Positions 22,481-33,813 of a DNA stretch of 46,527 nucleotides are shown in pieces (position 1 is the stretch's first letter; the number at the start of each line of letters is the position of its first letter). The notes under the pieces were generated by a model. The model was not told the DNA's origin. It made no database searches and saw nothing but the letters and a program-made list of their open reading frames with translations. Position numbers and translations under genes: made by a program. Source of the DNA: Asterionella formosa (lineage: Eukaryota). The DNA lies in contig NKIB01014175.1 in the NCBI GenBank assembly GCA_002256025.1, forward strand, positions 1 to 46,527. The letters are read 5' to 3'.

Positions 22481-25400
22481 TTGAGGGCCTTAAATCTAAA
22501 AATCGTGTGTGCTTCAAATGCAAGTTCAAGAACGAAAAGTCGGATGGCGAACGCTGCCATTGGAACTAAGTTCAAAGGACTCTGCCGCTCTTGTGGCAAG
22601 CAAGAACAAAAGGCAGCCGATTGGCTGTTGAGTCAAGAACAAGACATATGGCGACCGCAACAGGCCTCCTCTGAAAGGCGTCATCAAGTGTTTCAATTGT
22701 AACAAGCATGCCAGACACATCGCAAAAGATTTCCCAGAACCAAACGAGAACGTACTACAACGAAAGAGACCAGCATGTTGTTTGTTGGTATATGTATGAT
22801 TGACTATGAAGACATCAAAGCGAACGAAAAGAAATAAGATAAAAATGACAAGTACAATGAGAACGACGATAAAGAATGGACCTTCATTGGTATATGCAAG
22901 GAAATTATGGATGATTCTGATGTACAGATTAATAACAATGAGTTTGTGCCAATGGTGTTGCTCCTCGCTTTTGTTGAGATGTTCCAGATCTCCTTGATAC
23001 TAGTACTTACACGTCCAGTGTCCAGTACTACTAGTTTTCAAATAGCTAGTTTTTCGACAACACTTTAATCTGCTTTTAGATTTGCCTTTTTAATGTTGTA
23101 ACTAGCTTCTTCAGATTACTTTTTCTATAAATCTTGCCAAATTCTACTTTTTCTGCCAAATTACTTGGTGTTACCAAATTGACCTTGTTTCATGAATCTT
23201 ACTTTCTTGGATTTGCTCTTCACCTCAATCCACTCTTTCTCATTTGTCGATTTCATATGATTTGTAGTTCTAAATGTCTCATTCTTACAAGTCAATCTTT
23301 TAAGTTGTAATTAATCTGTAGGAATTGCTATTCCATTTACGAATCCCGCATATCACAATGAGTGAAATCAGTATGACAAATGTACTTCCAGTCAGTGTCA
23401 CAGTCGACATCGGCGACAGCTCGGAAATGAAATGCACAAAACGCGGATACATCAAGCTCACCAATGGAGAAAGACTATGACATTGAAGGATGTCATGTAC
23501 ACGCCTACTAAGATTCACAAGAGCATTGCCAGTTTTGGCGAACTAATCCGTGACGGTTTTGACCTTTCAGTCACAGGGTCTACAATGACTGTTAAGAAGC
23601 AAAGGTCATGGACATATTTCATTTAACAGAGAGACCAATGGAGATCTCTATTATTTTAAAGGAAGTCACACAAGTTATGCCGAAGTTGTATCCATGGTTA
23701 TTGCCCCATTAACAAAGGCAGTTTTAAAAGTGTTGACTGTACTATGCACAGGCTGTAATACCAAGTGAACTGATTTTCGTGGACACGTCAAGGCTGTACA
23801 AAAAGTCCATTATGGGACGCAATTACTGGATACTTGTGGTTGATCAGTTCTCTGGGAAAGTCATGGATCTTATTTGTTAAGAAAAAGAATTTACTCTCAA
23901 AAATTAATTGTGGATGAGCTACTTATCAAGCTATTTGCAACAAATTATGTCATAAAGTATCTATGATGTGACAATGCAGGTAAAAATCTCGAAAATTTGT
24001 CATCTGTATGCACCAGGTATGGTATTTAGATCGAATACACGGCACCAAAAAAATGCACCAAATACACCTCAGCAGAACCCAGAACGTTGTTTTTGAGCGC
24101 AAGCTGTCACCATATGTGACAGAAGCTGTGCTGCAATGATCAATGCGAAGCTAAGACAGGATGAATTTTAAGGACTTCTTTGGGCAGAATGTGCCATCAC
24201 AGTTACTCAAGTAACAAATGTGGTTTCGAATTCAAGAAATATCAAGTGTCCTGATTGGCTATGGTAGGGGAAACAACCTAAAATTTACGAACACTTGATT
24301 CAATTTGGAAAAATTGGAGATGTCACCATAAGAACTCCGAATAAGCTTGATGATTAAGCAATGAATTGTGTCATGATTGGATACTCTGAAAACCACTCAG
24401 GCGATACCTACCGACTCTTTAAACCTCTAACAAAGAAGGTGATTCAGAGCCGTGATGTAAAATTGACAGAATGGCATGGAGAAACAAGACCTACCAATGA
24501 TCTGACCATGTTCAAGACTGGGATTGATGAAATTCAGTTTTAGGAACTTGACAGAACTGCTGCAACAACTCTGACTGTCATCCTAGATGATGAGACTGGA
24601 CCAACTTCAACTCTTGCTTACTACTGACTTGCGGGTCTCTGAAGCAGGGAGGAATGAAGCTTCAAATAGCACTTTGAAACCTGATATTACAAGAACTGAA
24701 CAAGAACTCAAAATACTTGGTCATGAAACTGCTCCAACGATATCTACATTACGTTCTGGAAGATTGCATGCAATTGTAGATGACGATGATGATTTGGATT
24801 CTAAGCCTACTAAATCCATGGAGGTTCATTGCATCATCTACAGCTCTACATTTGCCTCAGATCCAGGTGAACCCATGCACAAGAAGACATAGACTTTGGA
24901 GGTCATTGATGTCGAAGCATCCTTTCTTGAAGGAGATTTAGAGGAAGACAATCTACCTTGAATGGCCTGAAGGCGTTGTTGAGTTTGGTTTTGAAGACAA
25001 CAAGGTTGTCTCAGAAAATTGCATTCTTCTAAGTAAAACCATGTATTGAAAGGTGCAGGCTGCATGACAGTGGTACAGGAAACTTGTAAAGCGTCTGATT
25101 CTCATTGGAATGAAACAGAGCAAAGTGGCTGGACCCATGCATTTTCTTATTGAAACTTGATTCGAAATTGGTTCTAATTGTTTCTATCCATGATGTTGAT
25201 GACTGCATCGTCGCAGAATAACAAGCAGATGTTGACTGTCTCAAGTCTGAAACGAAGATTCGTTTTACTGTCAAGGAATTTGGACCAATCAAGAAACATT
25301 TAGTTGTTTGGTGTGACTGGGGAGAGGATGTTAATGGAAGATTTCTTAAATCTACTATGGATGATTTCGTTGAAGGAATGCTTGAAGATTATAAGAATCT

Positions 25401-26190
25401 CTTTGGACGTTATCCCGCAATTGCACCAACTCCTGGATTGCCAGGTACAAGTTTGTCTAAGAAGAATGATGCGCACACTGTTCTACATACTAGACTAGTG
25501 AATACAGATTCATGGTTGGAAAAATTCTTTTAATTTGTAAAGAGGATATCTCCAATTTTTGCCAATGCATGTGGAAAATTGTCTCAGAATATGGAGAATC
25601 CAGGAGAGCTTCATTGGAAGAAGGTGGTTGAACATCTGTTGGGATTCTTATATGCAGACAAAAAACGGCATGTGAAGAAGATGTGAACCCGATAAGAAAT
25701 GCGCCCTATGGATGTTGTTGACAGTGCATTTGCAATTAACCCTGATATTCGCAAGAGTAGTACAAGTGCATATCTCAGAACTATTGGAGCACGCTTCTTG
25801 GTGACTTGGCCTTCCAAAGGATAGAACATTGTAACTACATCAAGCAGAGGAAGCTGCGTATTTCAGCCTAAGTGATATTGTCAAGGAAACTAAATTTGTT
25901 ACAAATCTATTGGATGAGGTCTACTATGTGGAACTGCCAGCTTTAATTGCTGAGGATAAAAGCGGAGCATTTGTTTCCTAAGCAAAAACCAACAAGTTGG
26001 ATCAAGGACAAAGCATATTGATGTCAGATATCATTTTATACATGAGAAGACTGAAGATGGATATTTTGTTGTTGTCTATGTACAGACATGTGAAAACCAT
26101 AGTGACCTGCTTTCAAAGAATGTAACACAGAAAGTGCATGACTCGCATGCAAATGATATTTGGAATGGGACAATGGATTGTTGGAACTGG
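22481..26190 (+). pseudogene. Outer Copia gag C-terminus and pol remnants
   Basis: Protease tail VDIGDS..LKDVMY; integrase IFVDTS, YWILVVDQFS, L*CDNAG, MIGYSENHSGDTYRLF; RT IDVEASFLEGDL, DVDDCI (N-terminal RT appears deleted); RNase H RTKHIDVRYHFI, ENHSDLLSKN. Confidence 0.88.
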
Positions 26191-26201
26191 AACAGGGAGG
26201 A

Positions 26202-26675
26202 TGTCAAGATTTAGTACCACTGCATGCATATTAGTTCAGTTGAACTAATCAATCTTGAATAATATTCCAGCCGAAATCCTGTATTGAAATGCTGTGAGAA
26301 TTTGAACAGCTTTGATTAACAAGAACTATATCAGCAAACCAACAAGGTAAATATTCAAATGGAGAACAATGTTCTAAGTAATCAATATTCACTGAAGGAA
26401 ATCTATAGATGCAATGCAGATGGCATTGAATATTCACGATTGTTTTACTAAGGAAGTGAAGTTGAGTTGTCAGTTGAGAGTTGAATGTCTAGTGGCACAA
26501 TGAAGAATATCTATATACAAATTTGGGAAGAGAACCTTGATAATTGGTCTTGTGAACAATTACAAGATAAATCAAATAAGCTCACAATAAGGTGGGATTA
26601 GAACAGAAGGTTTCAATACACTGAGTTTGTCCAGAAAAAGCTAGCATTGCAGTCATACTGCAGAAGAATTTAGCA
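26202..26675 (+). repeat. 3' LTR of outer Copia (474 bp)
   Basis: tgtcaagatttag...cagaagaatttagca, homologous to 13720-14185. Confidence 0.93.
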
Positions 26676-27351
26676 AATATGAAACACACCAACAATGATG
26701 GAGATCGAAAGAAGCAAAAGACCTTAAAAGAAAGCCGAAATCCGGACATGAGACATTTTTCTTCGGTCATCTTTCGCAGCCTTTTGCGAGCGTTGCTGTC
26801 TTTATGCAGATCGATTTGTACATAACTTTTCGTACTTGGGAGTTTCCGTCACCTCTCTGCAAAGTATTATCAGTACTTTCTGTATTAAATATGGATGGGT
26901 GTGCTCTGCCCGAGGTGCACAGACCTCGCTGGGAGGTCGGTTCGTATGTTGAAGTACAAGAAACTCCGTTCTGGCTCGCTTTTCAGTTGAAAATTGCTCA
27001 TGTGTATCGTGCTGATGTAGTTGGACCTCGCTTGTCTGCCTCCAAAATCTTGAGAAATCCCACCCGGTAGTCGCTCGTCTTTCCCCAAAGTAATGAATAC
27101 CGGTGCTGGATTTATACTGGTGCTACTAATACTACCCTGGTGTGGTACTAACTACCGGTACATTGCAGACAAGAGGATCTGACCAAAGCCCCCAGGGAAT
27201 TAAACTATGTACAGGTACCCGGTAAGCGTGCCTCCAGCTACCAGTTACCGTTAAAGTACCTGGTACTGGTATACCGGTACCGGTAACCTCACCGCGAATC
27301 AGCATGAAAATATCAGTTGTGACCGGGAAGAATTAGCTCATATAGAGAAGC

Positions 27352-29322
27352 ATGAGGCAACAAGAGGTGGCGATGGCTTTCATGCCCGTTCCATCAACGG
27401 CTTTGCGACTGCTGCTGATTTACCCGGCAATTTCTGAATCAATTTCCATTGCAACTGCCGGTACTGAAGCTTCCAAGAAACAAGTGAACGATTCAGTTTG
27501 TAATGCGTCATTTACAGAGAATTCCGACGCTTCGCAAATGGTTGGTGGGAGACACAACCATGTTGTTCACTCATCGCTACCAAGTGACGACGATAGCCTT
27601 GCCAGAGACGCAGAACAGCAATGCGGAATTTGGTTTGCTAAGTCTACCATTCCAGGAGCTGGGTTGGGCGTTTTTGCGGGGCGGGACTTTGCAAAGGGTC
27701 AAGAATTGCTGGCGTCGGGAGATATTGTTACTCCCATCGTGGATCTGGTGATGCACCATCCAGAAAACGAGAATAACTTTCTGTGGTTTGATTATACATG
27801 GTCTAGCGCATCACTCTTCATGGACCATGAAGGCGTCCATGATGTGCATGGAGCTAGTCCTGGAATGGGGGCTGCTGTCAATAGTATCTTGGATTTGGCG
27901 AACATTCACGAAAGCATCCCAGAATATGACGAAGCTGGTTTGGCAAGAGGAGATCCTGGAGCTGGAGCTTTTTCGCCATATCATAATCGAAGGACTTTTG
28001 CCAAAGTCAATATTCAAGCTGGTCAAGAGCTACTTGAAGACTATGGAGATGATTGGTTTACTTCTCGGACAAACGAGCTGGGGTTTCTACCTATCAGTGG
28101 TGACTACGAAAAAGCACAGAAATTATTGGACAGATTCAATGCGTTGTCGAAATTATTACCCAAAATGGAAATGCTAAGAGACATTTGGAACATATTTGTG
28201 CTTAACAATCCCATTAAGAGTGAGTCTCGTACATTTCCTGCTTTGCCTACAACATGGAACGAGATTGTTGAAACCATGGAGAAAGGTTTGCTTGCATACA
28301 AAAACGAACGACATTCCGTATCATTGAACTGGTTGAAAGATCATGGAATTTGCGGGGACAATCTTGTTGCCAAGCAATCATCTCTTCCCCATTCGGGCCG
28401 TGGAGCATTTGCTCATCGTCCTCTCAAGGAATGTTCGATTGTAGCACTCATTCCTATGATTCACTTGCCAGACAGAGGTGTATTGGATATGTACAAAGTT
28501 GAAAACAAAACGTTCATCGATCGAACCACTGTCATTGCAAAACAGCTACTTTTGAACTACTGTATGGGGCATAACCAATCGACGCTTCTTCTATGCCCAT
28601 ATGGCGCTCTCACAACCCTGATAAATCATAATCAAACCAGAGCTAATGTCAAACTACAGTGGGCATCTCCTGAACGCTCAAATCATGAACCAACTTGGCT
28701 AAATATGACTGTAGACCAACTTGGCAAGATACAGACAGCACGATTGTCAATGGAGTTGGTTGCATTGCGAGATATTCAGGAAGGCGAAGAAATCATGCTG
28801 GACTATGGGAATGAGTGGGAAATGGCATGGCAGCAACATCTTAACAGCTTTGATTATAGCTTTTCTAGCTACCTGTCGGCTCCTCATTTCAATGCTGACC
28901 TTGCCAAGCCTTTAAGGACTGTATTCGATATCTTGCAGTATGGTTCTCCATATCCCGAAAATGTCCAGGTGATGTGTAGCTTAGCCTTTTCCCAGCCTGA
29001 TTCAGTATGGATGCCGCAATGGCAAGCTGGGGCTATAATGGACTTTATTGAGCAAACTAATGAGAATTGGCGGCCTTGTGAGATTGTGAACCGACAGGTC
29101 GATGGAAATTCCAACTATTGGTATACGGTAGTTGTGAGGAATTTCGAAGACATCAATGATTTTCGGAAATTCTCAAGGGTTCCAAGAGAAGCTATTCGTT
29201 TCCTTGATCGACCATTTATGTCCAACTTGTTTTGGAGTCGAAGCTTTCGGCATGATATGCGAGTGCCAGAGGAGCTGTTTCCTCATTCTTGGAAGAATGC
29301 TCCATCTGCCACAATTAGATAA
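27352..29322 (+). CDS. Dual SET-domain protein with probable signal peptide (BacSET-like lysine methyltransferase)
   Basis: SET1: STIPGAGLGVFAG...GMGAAVNS...GQELLEDYG; SET2: SSLPHSGRGAFA...LINHN...ALRDIQEGEEIMLDYG; hydrophobic N-terminus (true start may be 27373 or 27382). Confidence 0.88.
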   Translation: MRQQEVAMAFMPVPSTALRLLLIYPAISESISIATAGTEASKKQVNDSVCNASFTENSDASQMVGGRHNHVVHSSLPSDDDSLARDAEQQCGIWFAKSTIPGAGLGVFAGRDFAKGQELLASGDIVTPIVDLVMHHPENENNFLWFDYTWSSASLFMDHEGVHDVHGASPGMGAAVNSILDLANIHESIPEYDEAGLARGDPGAGAFSPYHNRRTFAKVNIQAGQELLEDYGDDWFTSRTNELGFLPISGDYEKAQKLLDRFNALSKLLPKMEMLRDIWNIFVLNNPIKSESRTFPALPTTWNEIVETMEKGLLAYKNERHSVSLNWLKDHGICGDNLVAKQSSLPHSGRGAFAHRPLKECSIVALIPMIHLPDRGVLDMYKVENKTFIDRTTVIAKQLLLNYCMGHNQSTLLLCPYGALTTLINHNQTRANVKLQWASPERSNHEPTWLNMTVDQLGKIQTARLSMELVALRDIQEGEEIMLDYGNEWEMAWQQHLNSFDYSFSSYLSAPHFNADLAKPLRTVFDILQYGSPYPENVQVMCSLAFSQPDSVWMPQWQAGAIMDFIEQTNENWRPCEIVNRQVDGNSNYWYTVVVRNFEDINDFRKFSRVPREAIRFLDRPFMSNLFWSRSFRHDMRVPEELFPHSWKNAPSATIR

Positions 29323-30137
29323 TATTTGTGATACCCATGAGACTTTTCATGTAAGGGAATGTGTTTTAGACAGTAATCGCTGACTAAATACTTGGAATAT
29401 GTTCACCATTAGTGAGTATATTTTGGTTGTACCTCCTAGAGTAGGAATGATCGCCCAAACGGTTTTGCATTTCTTTGTGTAGATCATCATTGACCAAAGC
29501 CTCATTCTTTATACCAACTACATTTAAGTCATGCGACGACAAGCTGAACGACAATGATGATAGTTGACTAATTGACAAAGTTGAAAAGCGGACAGCTCTC
29601 ACAAACCGGTAGTTGGTCATTGCTGAAGTATAGGTATAACATGGAGATCGCTCCGCGACGACCTTAGAAAATACACTGCATAAATTATTTTCTTCTACTA
29701 TAGGTACGTATGCATATTCAAATGACTGCATCGTTGGTGGCACCAGGGGTACCTGGTAGTACCTGGTGGTTGAAGAGCTTGCCTACTGTTACGCTGCTTC
29801 GATACTGTGGACTGTAGAATACTAGTACCGAGAGGCATCTACCGGTACGCTGTGGGATGCTGCATACTTGGTACCAGGGGTACCTGGTACCCTGGTACTG
29901 GAACCAAGTGAAGACCTACGTATGATACCGTACATCCTACGAATCACCACAGAATGACGACAACCATCAGGAGCGATAGGAAAACACGGTCATTAACAGG
30001 CCAACGACGAAAGGCTTGCCACCAACACAGAATACAGAACAAGAAAGTTGTCACTGACCCCATTCTTCTTACATCTTGAACACATTCTTACATTTCATCC
30101 TTCGCTGTCATTTATCAGTTGCTTTTTGTATTTCACG

Positions 30138-32022
30138 ATGGATGTGTCTGAATTTCCCCATCGATCATTGCCTGGAGCGATAGATGACGATCAAATTCGC
30201 AATGCAACTTCCAGCATTACCTACATAATGGAAAACTTTGATGCACCTGACATAGTTCACGAGTCTGATGCTTATGAGACGTTGATTCTGAACGTCACAG
30301 TCATTGGCTGCCTACTTTTAGCCTATTACGTGAAGGTGTATCGAGTCTACTCACTACCAGAATCGGCGGGGACGATTATGGCTGGAATGGTCATTGGAGG
30401 GATTGCGATTTTGTGGACCGACGATCTGCAGCTGTTCGAGTTTGTGAGTGTTTCCTTTACTTACTTGGCTGCTTTCCATCCTAGTTTTACTTACCTGACA
30501 GCAATGAATAGATATTGTTTCTCACCTAGTCCCCTCAACCAATGTGTAGTCTCCAGAAGTGTTTTTCTTCGTATTGCTTCCCCCGATCATCTTTGAAGCT
30601 GGATATTCTCTCAAACGAAAGGCTTTCTTTGAGAACATTGGCGCCATAACGCTGTATGCCATTTTCGGTACTATTATTTCGACATTTGTCGTTGGTCTGC
30701 TAACATTTAAAGTTGCAGAACAAGGCTACATCAAAAACATATCAAAAGAAAATCCCATGGAAGCTTTGTTGTTTGGTGCTTTGATCTCTGCAGTCGATCC
30801 CGTTGCAACACTATCAATCCTGGGAAATAGTGAACTCCAATGTGATCCACTCTTGTACAGCCTGGTATTTGGGGAATCCGTCTTGAATGACGCGGTTGCC
30901 ATTGGTTTATTCAAGACTTTTCACAAGTTCTATAACCCCGATGGACCAAATTGGAGTGAATCAGAAATTCCATCCGCATTGATGGAGTTTACTGTCGTCT
31001 TTCTTCTGAGCATAGTGGTGGGTGTTGGATTAGGCCTGGTAGCATCATTCATGTACAAACACACATCGTTGAGCGACTACCCCAAACTTGAAACGGCCTT
31101 GTTATTTTGCTTTTGTTACCTCTGCTATTCAACAGCTGAGGCAATGGGGTTGTCGGGAATCATAGCTCTGTTCTTCAATGGTGTGATTTTGAGTCACTAC
31201 AATTCCTATAACCTCTCGTCCACAGCGCACGTTGCTTCGGAACAAATGTTCGCCACCATTGCGACAATAACGGAAACAATTGTTTTCTTGTACATGGGCA
31301 TGGGTGTCTTTACAGGGCGTTTTGCCAATTGGGATATCATGTTCAGTGTTCTGGCAATGAGTTTTTGTGTTCTGGGTAGACTATTGAATATTGTACCGCT
31401 TTCTCTGTTAGCCAATTGTTGTCGCAGGGGACGACAACGAATTCCATGTAAAATGCAAGGCGTTCTCTGGTTTGTTGGGTTACGAGGAGCTATTGGTTAG
31501 TAAAGGCATCGCTATGCATTTATGACACACCTTTCAGACGTTGAATCTAACCGCAATGGAGTTACCTTCCCATGAACCCTTCGCCGATCCAATCTAGCGT
31601 TTGCCCTCGCCGAAAACATGCCTGGTCCCCATAAAGATACGTATGCAACTGCTACTCTGTCGATTTGCATCTTCACGACAGTGATTTGCGGTGGCATGAC
31701 CAAGCAAGTTTTGGATTTATCAGGGATGAAGCATTATGATAACCCCGAAAATGAATGCAGCGATACCATTGAAAACGAAGACTTGATGCCTTTGTCGTCC
31801 TCGCCGTCCATTCGTATGGCCCTGCGTGCGAAGCAGAAAGTATATCATGGGGTCAAGGCGAGATGGCAGGCATTTGACAATACCTATCTCAAAGCGTATT
31901 TTGGGGGTGAATCGTTGAGCGAGCAAGACGGCGGGTTGAATGGCATGGATCGAGGGGAATATGAATTAACAACGCGACAACTAAATGGCGACGACGACGA
32001 CCTTGACTATGAAGATTCGTAG
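30138..32022 (+). CDS. Na+/H+ exchanger, CPA1 family, NHE8-like (~558 aa); exons 30138-30443, 30550-31495, 31598-32022
   Basis: Splicing gtgagt..tag (30444-30549) and gttagt..tag (31496-31597) restores FEFSPEVFFFVLLPPIIFEAGYSL and GLRGAIAFALA; also FGALISAVDPVA, VFGESVLNDAV. Confidence 0.93.
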
Positions 32023-32378
32023 GAGGACTTACATATTTCTCAAAGTTTCCCTTATGCATTTTGATGCTGTCCTTGTTGAGAGTGCAACTTGTCTATATCA
32101 TTTCCATTATTTCTTTCGCACGATCCACGTGTTCGTTGTGTCGCTGACGTTCCTACGGCGTTCTATGCACACTTTCTGTTTCGCATTTAACCTAGTAACT
32201 ATTTTGATGTTTGGACTAAACGGACAAAGTCAAAGCATGACTTGAAATGTCGAGCAACGCCCAAAGATGAAAGTTCAGATTATCATCTCAATCAATATCT
32301 TCGACGATGACGCGATGTTACCGGGACGAGCCCAACTGGAGTCAATATGGAGAGTGTTGTCGGCTTTTGGTGCAACTT

Positions 32379-33242
32379 CTACACTGCCATGACTCGCGCC
32401 TGCTTCTCCTCGACGACTGCATTCAACTCCTTTGTCATTGCATCACTCACAGTATCTATTTCCTTTCCCACTCGAAATGCCTCATCCTTACTAATGCCCT
32501 CCAATTTTCCATCCTTGGCCAATTTTATGGTATCCATTGCCTTATGCCGGATAGTCCTCAATCGAATGCGGGCCGACTCGGCCTGCTTACCCAGTAGTTT
32601 GACAGTCTGCTGACGAACTTCCAGGCTAACACGAGGAATGGTCACTCTGACATTTCCATCCTCCTCTACGAGTGGATTGAGCTCGAGGGCATCTCGAATA
32701 GCGTCGCACACATCTTGAGCAATCGCTGGATCAAAGCACGAGACATTGGCTAGCGTCGGTGATACAATGACGACTTGCGCCACACCTGACAGCGGAGAAC
32801 GTTCTCCATACGCATCTACCATGATACTGTCAAAGAGTTCAGGGGTGGGTTCTCCGCTTCGAATGGACTGGAAGGAAGCAACGACTCTGGCCACCACGTC
32901 TTTCATTTTGCGCTTGACTTCCGATGGGTCCGGAAGCTGGGGAATGGCGTCATCGTCTACTACTTCATCTTCTTCAAATATGATTTCTTCCGTATTAGCT
33001 TCGCCTCCGAGATGCGTCGTTGCAGGTGAATGTTCTGCGTGAGCCTTTTTCTTGGCCTTCCGTTTTTCCGCTTGTTCCCGAGATTTTGTATGGGCCATTT
33101 CATCCAAATTTTGCAGATGTTGCCCCATTTTGGCAGCCTTTTTCCCGAATAGGCGAGTTTGGGTGATGAATGGGTTCACTGCTGCATTGCGACGAGAGAC
33201 CATCAAGGCGAGTCGAGCGATGGCCAGAGCACGGGTTGCCAT
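32379..33242 (-). CDS. frr: Ribosome recycling factor, probably mitochondrial (287 aa)
   Basis: SIRSGEPTPELFDSIMVDAYG..PLSGVAQV, LELNP..DG.VRV.IP, ESARIRLRTIR, ISKDE; Arg-rich, acid-free N-terminal transit peptide ending near TRLF. Confidence 0.9.
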   Translation of the reverse strand: MATRALAIARLALMVSRRNAAVNPFITQTRLFGKKAAKMGQHLQNLDEMAHTKSREQAEKRKAKKKAHAEHSPATTHLGGEANTEEIIFEEDEVVDDDAIPQLPDPSEVKRKMKDVVARVVASFQSIRSGEPTPELFDSIMVDAYGERSPLSGVAQVVIVSPTLANVSCFDPAIAQDVCDAIRDALELNPLVEEDGNVRVTIPRVSLEVRQQTVKLLGKQAESARIRLRTIRHKAMDTIKLAKDGKLEGISKDEAFRVGKEIDTVSDAMTKELNAVVEEKQARVMAV

Positions 33243-33309
33243 TGTTAACCAATCGTTAATTGCTGATGTGATGTTTGATTATTCTATCCTCCGTGTGTTA
33301 CATACAGTA

Positions 33310-33760
33310 TTACCCGGTACCTTGTACTATAGTGACTGCGGTATCATATACTGGTTCCTGGTATGTTACCTGTACCTGGTACCGGCATGATTAGGTTACC
33401 TGGTACCAGGTACCGGGTACCCCTGGTACATGTACCGGTATCTTCTGATTATCGGTTCCCATCAGCCGATGACAGGTACCTGGTACCAGGTTCCAGTACC
33501 ATGGTACAGGTAGTTCCGATTTGTCTTATGTCGCATGCCTTCATATCTATGTAGGTGTCATGAGACCGCGCACAATTTCTTACGCGCCATGCCATCAATA
33601 TCAGCATCATGCATTGGCTGGTGGCCCAGTGACAACACTGCTTGCGTAATGCATCATTACCGTAAGCAAGCACTCCGATTACCAGGTACCTGGTACCGGC
33701 ATGTGGTTCAAGTACTGGTACTTCGTATGTATCATGGGGGTAATTGCCAGCGTACCGGTG
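33310..33760. promoter_or_regulatory. GTAC/GGTACC/CCWGG-rich putative bidirectional promoter region
   Basis: Lies between divergent starts 33242 (-) and 33814 (+); about 13 GTAC in 33310-33510; function inferred only from position. Confidence 0.45.
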
Positions 33761-33813
33761 CCAATACATCACGTCACGACATTGCTAACCCGACAACGAC
33801 CAAAGGGCCGGCA

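Larger units (their letters stand above)
13720..26675 (+). mobile_element. Outer Ty1/Copia LTR retrotransposon (degenerate), interrupted by a second Copia
   Basis: LTRs 13720-14185 and 26202-26675 (TG...CA), PPT ggaacagggagga 26189-26201, flanking aatatg duplication; order gag-PR-INT-RT-RNaseH. Confidence 0.93.

Noticed and set aside
30048..30137. Upstream extension of NHE exon 1
   Set aside because: Begins at TTG; the first ATG is 30138. The ORF tail after 30443 is intron read-through.
33535..33813. 93-aa N-terminal extension of the HI0933 ORF
   Set aside because: Runs through the GTAC-rich intergenic tract with non-protein-like composition; a plausible targeting peptide starts at 33814.
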